Below, piece after piece: positions 9,585-15,113 of a DNA stretch of 15,113 nucleotides; position 1 is the first letter of the stretch; each line of letters begins with the position of its first letter. This DNA is from Tubiluchus corallicola. Lineage: Eukaryota; Animalia; Priapulida. Below the pieces are notes generated by a model that was not told where the DNA came from, searched no databases, and saw only the letters and a program-made list of their open reading frames with translations. The stretch covers positions 1 to 15,113 of the forward strand of contig JAQGDQ010002096.1 in assembly GCA_030141605.1 (NCBI GenBank), written 5' to 3'. Position numbers and translations under genes: made by a program.

Positions 9585-10989
9585 TCTTTGTTCAGGTATA
9601 GTAATTGGAGGTGACATATTCTCGTTTGTCGGCGTCTGATCTCCGTCCTCTAGTGCTGGACGAGATCTTGTCATCGGCTCTACGTAAAACATGCTATTTT
9701 CTCCAACTTTTGTACCTCCGAATCCCACAAACGGTTCAACTTTAAACACACTGTCAGCACTTATACCCAAGCAGTCTTCGCACTTACAGGGACTAGGGCC
9801 AAGGCCCGAATCTTGCGAATCGCACGATAAGTGTCTCTTGTTAAGCGTAAAATTTGGCGATAGCTCTGAGCCTGCCCGGCAGTAGGGCAGCTCAGTTCTT
9901 AGTCCTAAAAAAGGATCACTATTGTCGCAGTGTAGAGTAGAATTGTTGTTATTCGTTGAACTGTCGGATGATCGACCGCTTGGATTTGAGGCTCTTTCAC
10001 ACTGTAACTGCCCTTGCCATTGACTAACAAACTGCTTGCGCACTTCTGGTGCAACACGAGACTCAGAGCATGTATTTGTTTGCTGCTGTTTGAAGCCGGG
10101 TTTGCACCAGTCAGGTTCAACAGACAATAATATGCTACTAGGACGTGTCGGATGCTCGCGAGCGTCCACGAGTGATGGTTTTAAATTCGTACGGTCGTCG
10201 GTTTCTGAAGAGGTTCGTCTCTCGATAGACTTTCCAAACACAAATAGTGGAGCTTTTGATGAATTTGGCGGATCTTGTTTTGGTGGAGGTGTGGCTTCTT
10301 TTGTTGGAGGTGCGGCTTCTTTTCTCTGCTTTCCTTTCACAAACTGCGGCTGAAACTTTGGAGGAGCAGACACGCTTTCTTGTACCGTGGCGCTACTCCG
10401 GAAAGGAAAGACAGGCTTGAGACCGGTGTCCGTCACCCGCGGAACGGACAAACCGGTTCCTCGGTTCAAGCCCGGAGCGCGCGAAACCGACAAACACGTT
10501 GGCTTCTCTAGATATTTAGTGCAAACTGACTTGGCATGTTTGTCCACTAGAGGGGTTCTTGAGAGAGACGTCGTGGTACTGGTCAATGTGGCTTCTATTG
10601 GACACGTAACCCGCACATGATATGTCACCGATTCGTCACCCGCACAAGTGATACTCAGCTTAGATGATGATAAAAACGACTTGCTCACTGAACATTCCTT
10701 TGTTAAACAAGGCATAAAACTGATCTTATCCAATTCGCACGTCGGAATCGATCTCACTGCCTTCTCTTCTAAGGTACTTCTAGGTTTGCCGACGTCTACT
10801 TTCAAGGTCATTGTATGCGGCGACTTTACAGGCGCCGTGGGAGTTGGCGTTGGACTTGGAGTAGGACGTCGTAACGGCGTGCCGGATTGAATAACGTAAC
10901 CGTGACTTTGTAGGATTTTTTCCCAATCTAATAGCTGCCCGAGAAAGTTGAAATTTGGCGAAATTACTGGCCGCTTCTCTTTTACATAC
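9546..10989 (-). CDS. DUSP8/DUSP16: Terminal coding exon of a dual-specificity MAP-kinase phosphatase (DUSP8/DUSP16, MKP-7-like): end of catalytic domain plus long Ser/Pro/Thr-rich tail
   Basis: Acceptor ccgttcgcag|G at 10989. Reads (R)YVKEKRPVISPNFNFLGQLLDWEKIL and continues in frame into the 421-aa ORF, 480 codons to TAA at 9546-9548. SPNFNFLGQLL, a long tail and the terminal CSQATIQVL (compare ..IEVS termini of vertebrate DUSP8/16) fit this subfamily. The Met at 10811 is internal. Confidence 0.9.
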
Positions 10990-12978
10990 CTGCGAACGGA
11001 ATAAATTTTGTTGTATTTAGTTGAAGTTAGTTACATACAATGAGAGAAATTTTAGTAGCCATCTTAAATGGAATGTATATAACAATGATGAGCAAAGGTG
11101 GCATGTTCAATCTAAGGTTTAGGACAAAGAAATTTGTATAAGAACAAGAGCACAATACACTGTCACTTTACCAGAGGTGTAGTCAGGTCCATTAAGGGGA
11201 GTGGTTGCTCCTCTTCCTCCCCTATTAGCTACGTCATTCCACCTCGCATGCTTGCTCACATTTATACAAAAGACAGTAGGACAGCATCGCACACTGCCAT
11301 CTATGTTTGACCAAGTGAAACAATCCACACTGTGCTATATATACACCATACACAAGCTTAGTTAACTTACCTGTAGGCATCGTCTGAAGATATTGCACAC
11401 TGCCATCTATGTTTGACCAAGTGAAACAATCCACACTGTGCTATATATACACCATACACAAGCTTAGTTAACTTACCTGTAGGCATCATCTGAAGATATT
11501 GCACACTGCCATCTATGTTTGACCAAGTGAAACAATCCACAAGCTTGGTTAACTTACCTGTAGGCATCGTCTGAAGATATCGCACACTGCCATCTATGTT
11601 TGACCAAGTGAAACAATCCACACCATGCTATATATACACAATACACAAGCTTAGTTAACTTACCTGTAGGCATCGTCTGAAGATATCGCACAGTGCCATC
11701 TATGATTGACTAAATGAAACAATCCACAAGCTTAGTTAACTTACCTGTAGGCATCGTCTGAAGATATCCCACACTGCCATCTATGTTTGACCAAGTGAAA
11801 CAATCCACAAGCTTGGTTAACTTACCTGTAGGCATCGTCTGAAGATATCGCACACTGCCATCTATGTTTGACCAAGTGAAACAATCCACACCATGCTATA
11901 TATACACAATACACAAGCTTAGTTAACTTAGCTGTAGGCATCGTCTGAAGACAACGCACACTGCCATCTATGTTTGACCAAGTGAAACAATCCACACTGT
12001 GCTACATATACACAATACGCAAGCTTAGTTAACTTACCTGTAGGCATCGTCTGAAGATATCCCACACTGCCATCTATGTTTGACCAAGTGAAACAATACA
12101 CAAGCTTAGTTAACTTACCTGTAGGCATCGTCTGAAGATAATACACACTGCCATCTATGTTTAACCAAGTGAAACAATCCACACCGTGCTATATATACAC
12201 AATACACAAGCTTAGTTAACTTACCTGTAGGCATCATCTGAAGATATCGCACACTGCCATCTATGTTTGACCAAGTGAAACAATCCACAAGCTTAGTTAA
12301 CTTACCTGTATGCATTGTCTGAAGATAATGCACACTGCCATCTATGTATGACCAAGTGAAACAATACACAAGCTTAGTTAACTTACCTGTAGGCATCGTC
12401 TGAAGATATCGCACACTGCCATCTATGTTTGACCAAGTGAAACAATCCACACTGTTCTATATATACACAATACACAAGCTTAGTTAAGTTACCTATAAGC
12501 ATCACCTGAAGATATCGCACACTGCCATCTATGTTTGACCAAGTGAAACAATCCACAAGCTTAGTTAACTTAGCTGTAGGCATCATCTGAAGATATCGCA
12601 CACTGCCATTTATGTTTGACCAAGTGAAACAATCCACAAGCTTAGTTAACTTATCTGTAGGCATCGTCTGAAGATATCGCACACTGCCATCTATGTTTGA
12701 CCAAGTGAAACAAACCACAAGCTTAGTTAACTTACCTGTATGCATCGTCTGATGATATCGCACACTGCCATCTATGTTTGACCAAGTGAAACAATACACA
12801 AGCTTAGTTAACTTACCTGAATGCATCGTCTGACGATATCGCACACTGCCATCTATGTTTGACCAAGTGAAACAATACACAAGCTTAGTTAACTTACCTG
12901 CATGCATCGTCTGACGATATCGCACACTGCCATCTATGTTTGACCAAGTGAAACAATCCACAAGCTTAGTTCACTTAC
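10990..12978 (-). other. Phase-2 GT-AG intron of the DUSP gene, 1989 bp
   Basis: Donor TACAG|GTAAGT (12978) and acceptor CGCAG|G (10990). Joining gives ...SSDDAYR-YVKEKRP..., a continuous DUSP catalytic domain. Confidence 0.92.
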
Positions 12979-13002
12979 CTGTATGCATCGTCTGAAGATA
13001 TC
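11286..13002. repeat. 19-copy tandem array of 81-bp and 106-bp units containing the duplicated exon end and splice donor
   Basis: Donor +1 equivalents at 11370, 11476, 11557, 11663, 11744, 11825, 11931, 12037, 12118, 12224, 12305, 12386, 12492, 12573, 12654, 12735, 12816, 12897 and 12978 (12 spacings of 81, 6 of 106). Confidence 0.97.
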
Positions 13003-13102
13003 TGTAAATGTTTCATGACATATCCAATCGCAAATGTAGGAGATCGAGATATTCCAGCCATGCAATGCAACAACACCGAGGCGTGCGATTCACGTACTTT
13101 AT
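12979..13102 (-). CDS. DUSP8/DUSP16: Catalytic-site exon (124 bp) of the DUSP8/DUSP16-like phosphatase
   Basis: Acceptor tattatttcag| and donor |gtaagt. Encodes DKVRESHASVLLHCMAGISRSPTFAIGYVMKHLQISSDDAYR with the intact HCxxGxxRS PTP loop. No upstream DUSP exon was recognised in the window. Confidence 0.93.
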
Positions 13103-13310
13103 CTGAAATAATACCAGAGGTGTTTAAGTAGGAAAACATGTTTACTGAGCATAAAATTTTACGCTGGTAGAATAAACACGATAAACAGAATTTAAAACAA
13201 ACCATCAATTCTCTTAGAGCCACACAGAAACTGGTTTCAGTCATAGCTCTGTTTAAGCGGTTCAAAAACAATTCATTTCTGATTAAACGGGAAACCGTTT
13301 ATAAGTGGTG

Positions 13311-13808
13311 CAGGGATGAGATTGACAAATTGCAAAAAACTCTGAAACAGGCCGGGGGTTTGGGGGCCGCATAGGCCCCCATGGGGGCGAAGCAACAAAT
13401 TGCAATTTTGTGACCATAGAGAACCTCTATGTGGACTTAAAATATCAATTACCTTGTTTCATGCATAATTTAAAATACCCAACTATCAAGGATACATGAT
13501 ACCTAATTGTCTCAAAAACGCCTAAGTACTGGCCGCTCCTATGCAAAAGTATATAAAAACTGTCTGCAATTGACTCAAATAACTCCGCACAATTGATTCT
13601 ATATTTTTATACATAGAGATCTACACGTGGTTACACTGATGTACACGATGTAAACAAAGTGACGGCCTGCCACCTAGCCGTGAGCTTGTGAAATAATGTA
13701 CTGGGTCCGTAAAAATTTTCTCAACGAATTTACGTGATTTACAAAATGGCACTACTGGTCTTCCAAAAACTAGGAATTCTGCGTATCCGCGGGAAATTCT
13801 CATCCCTG
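13311..13808. mobile_element. Non-autonomous DNA transposon (hAT-like MITE), 498 bp, in the upstream DUSP intron
   Basis: 11-bp perfect TIRs CAGGGATGAGA / TCTCATCCCTG. Flanks GTGGTG / GTGGTA. Internal GC-rich GGGGGCC..GGCCCCC hairpin. Confidence 0.8.
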
Positions 13809-14119
13809 GTGGTAATGAATGTCCAATTGCCCATGTGGATCATTTTGACAAGTTCCTTAACTTTGGTTGATTTGAAGATATAAACCAGGTGAATTCAACT
13901 CGTTCAGTGAGTGAAAGGCGATACTTCAAAATGATTGATCGTATAATAAACCTTTTATTAATACGGAACCATTAGTCCACGTCACAAGTATGCGTCTTAT
14001 AATTATTTCTGTAAGCTTTACTCACAGCTAAACACCGATAAAACCATGAAGTAACACTAAAACGACACTGAACACGGTGAATTCGTCACCGATCGTCCGG
14101 TCTCAAAGACATTTCTTTC

Positions 14120-14488
14120 TGTTGTGTTGTGTTTCTCTCGGAAGGCTCGTAGAGAAAACCAGAAAACACTTCGTCAAATTAAACCAGTTTATTAAGCGAG
14201 AATTCTACAACACAAAAGTATGAAGGAACACGAAATGATTTCAGTAAACGTGAAAATCTGGAAAACGTTTAAGTGTATCTGAAAATACAAGTATACAAGA
14301 GAATGTGTAAGTGGCGTCCGTGTGAATCTGCGTGTCCGTCTCAGCGGCCTGCTTCGCCTTATATAGGGTGCCAGGGAACATTCTAGACGAGTCTTTCTAG
14401 AACATTCTACAAGGTAAGACGATTATTCTAATGCAACATTCTACAATGTTCTATTTAATTCTAATAGATGTCAGCGATCTCCACAACA
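14120..14488 (-). mobile_element. Solo LTR of an LTR retrotransposon, 369 bp, same orientation as the DUSP gene
   Basis: TGTTGTG...CACAACA inverted termini and perfect 5-bp TSD CTTTC (14115-14119, 14489-14493). On the minus strand TATATAA (14365-14359) precedes AATAAA (14193-14188), giving U3-R-U5 order. Confidence 0.88.
14359..14451 (-). promoter_or_regulatory. LTR promoter: TATA box with adjacent heat-shock elements
   Basis: Perfect three-unit HSE TTCtaGAAcaTTC (14395-14407), near-perfect GAAcaTTCtaGAc (14376-14388) and degenerate CAAcaTTCtaCAAtgTTC (14434-14451), all immediately upstream of the minus-strand TATATAA. Confidence 0.6.
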
Positions 14489-14880
14489 CTTTCTCAAGTG
14501 ACAACGCGCGGTAAAACGTGGGCGGATGGTGTGATAAGTATAACCAACTAAAAATTTGAGGATATTTTCAGTACAACTTCACAAAATTCTATTGTAAGTT
14601 CTACACCCGGGGAAAACTAAGCCACAGATCTTCAATGATAAATCAGCCTCTGTCACTGTTACACCGTTCAAAAGCGTTTCTGCTACTTTGAAGTTGTCCC
14701 AAACTGTCCAAAATGCGATGAGCCTCTTTTGGTACATGTTTGCGGGATCTTATGCTTCTGGAAGAGCGTATTAATTACATTTCTCCTAATAAACACTGTA
14801 CATGTTCAACGATACATGATTCATTAACCAAATACGATGGATTATAAACACAGATTATAGATAAATTATATATATATATG

Positions 14881-15113
14881 CAGTGTTCCCTCGCTACTTC
14901 GCGGTTCGTTTATTGCGGACTCGCTACTTTGCGGGTTTTCAAAAATATTAATGTAAAATATCTATCGCGGTATTTTTGCATTTTCACGGGTTTTTGCAGT
15001 ACTCCTTCTAAAGTATTTTTGCACATGCGTAGTACGTATTGTACAGTAATGTATAGATCTGATGAATTTTGCATAAAAAAATCACAAAATGTATAAAAAT
15101 ATATTAAAAACAT
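14881..15113 (+). mobile_element. Left part of a pogo/Tigger-like MITE inserted in a (TA)n run
   Basis: Begins CAGTGTTCCCTCGCTACTTCGCGG after tatatatatg, with an internal repeat CTCGCTACTT(C/T)GCGG. The other end lies outside the window. Confidence 0.6.

Noticed and set aside
10422-10458. GC-rich hairpin ACCGGTGTCCGT...ACGGACAAACCGGT in the CDS
   Set aside because: Short, bulged and explicable by repeated Thr-Gly-Leu codons; no evidence of function.
9691-10890. Plus-strand and alternate-frame ORFs overlapping the DUSP terminal exon
   Set aside because: Shadow ORFs of a GC-richer coding exon with no recognisable motifs.
11119-12961. ORFs encoding 27-aa repeats (MDCFTWSNIDGSVRYLQTMPTGKLTKLV)
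   Set aside because: A by-product of an 81-bp unit being stop-free in one frame. That frame is not the DUSP frame and every 106-bp unit breaks it.
11286-13002. CRISPR-like regularly spaced repeats
   Set aside because: Units are contiguous near-identical copies with no unique spacers, no cas genes are present, and the context is a spliceosomal intron.
13103-13271. N-terminal part of ORF 12975-13271
   Set aside because: Intron read-through. DUSP similarity starts exactly at the tttcag acceptor at 13102.
14577-14760. Possible upstream DUSP exon after a ctcttccag acceptor
   Set aside because: No frame resembles the expected general-acid-loop region of a DUSP, and all three frames from the acceptor hit stops.

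Overview
AT-rich, intron-containing eukaryotic (probably invertebrate animal) DNA; no prokaryotic operon, RNA gene or CRISPR array is visible. The right half holds the last two coding exons of a minus-strand DUSP8/DUSP16-type MAP-kinase phosphatase (13102-12979 and 10989-9546), with an intact HCxAGxSRS active site. The most unusual feature is that both exon 3' ends have been amplified into ~80-bp tandem arrays. One 19-copy array repeats the exon end plus its 5' splice site and fills ~85% of the last intron. A 6-copy array repeats the last ~12 codons plus the stop codon into the 3' UTR. The upstream intron contains a sense-oriented solo LTR with heat-shock elements next to its TATA box. The rest is a mosaic of non-autonomous DNA transposons (hAT, Tc1/mariner, Kolobok-like, pogo-like) and decayed CR1/L2-type LINE fragments. 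It also includes a 135-bp inverted duplication around a 3.4-kb segment and weak evidence for a second, minus-strand spliced gene with a signal-peptide-like start.
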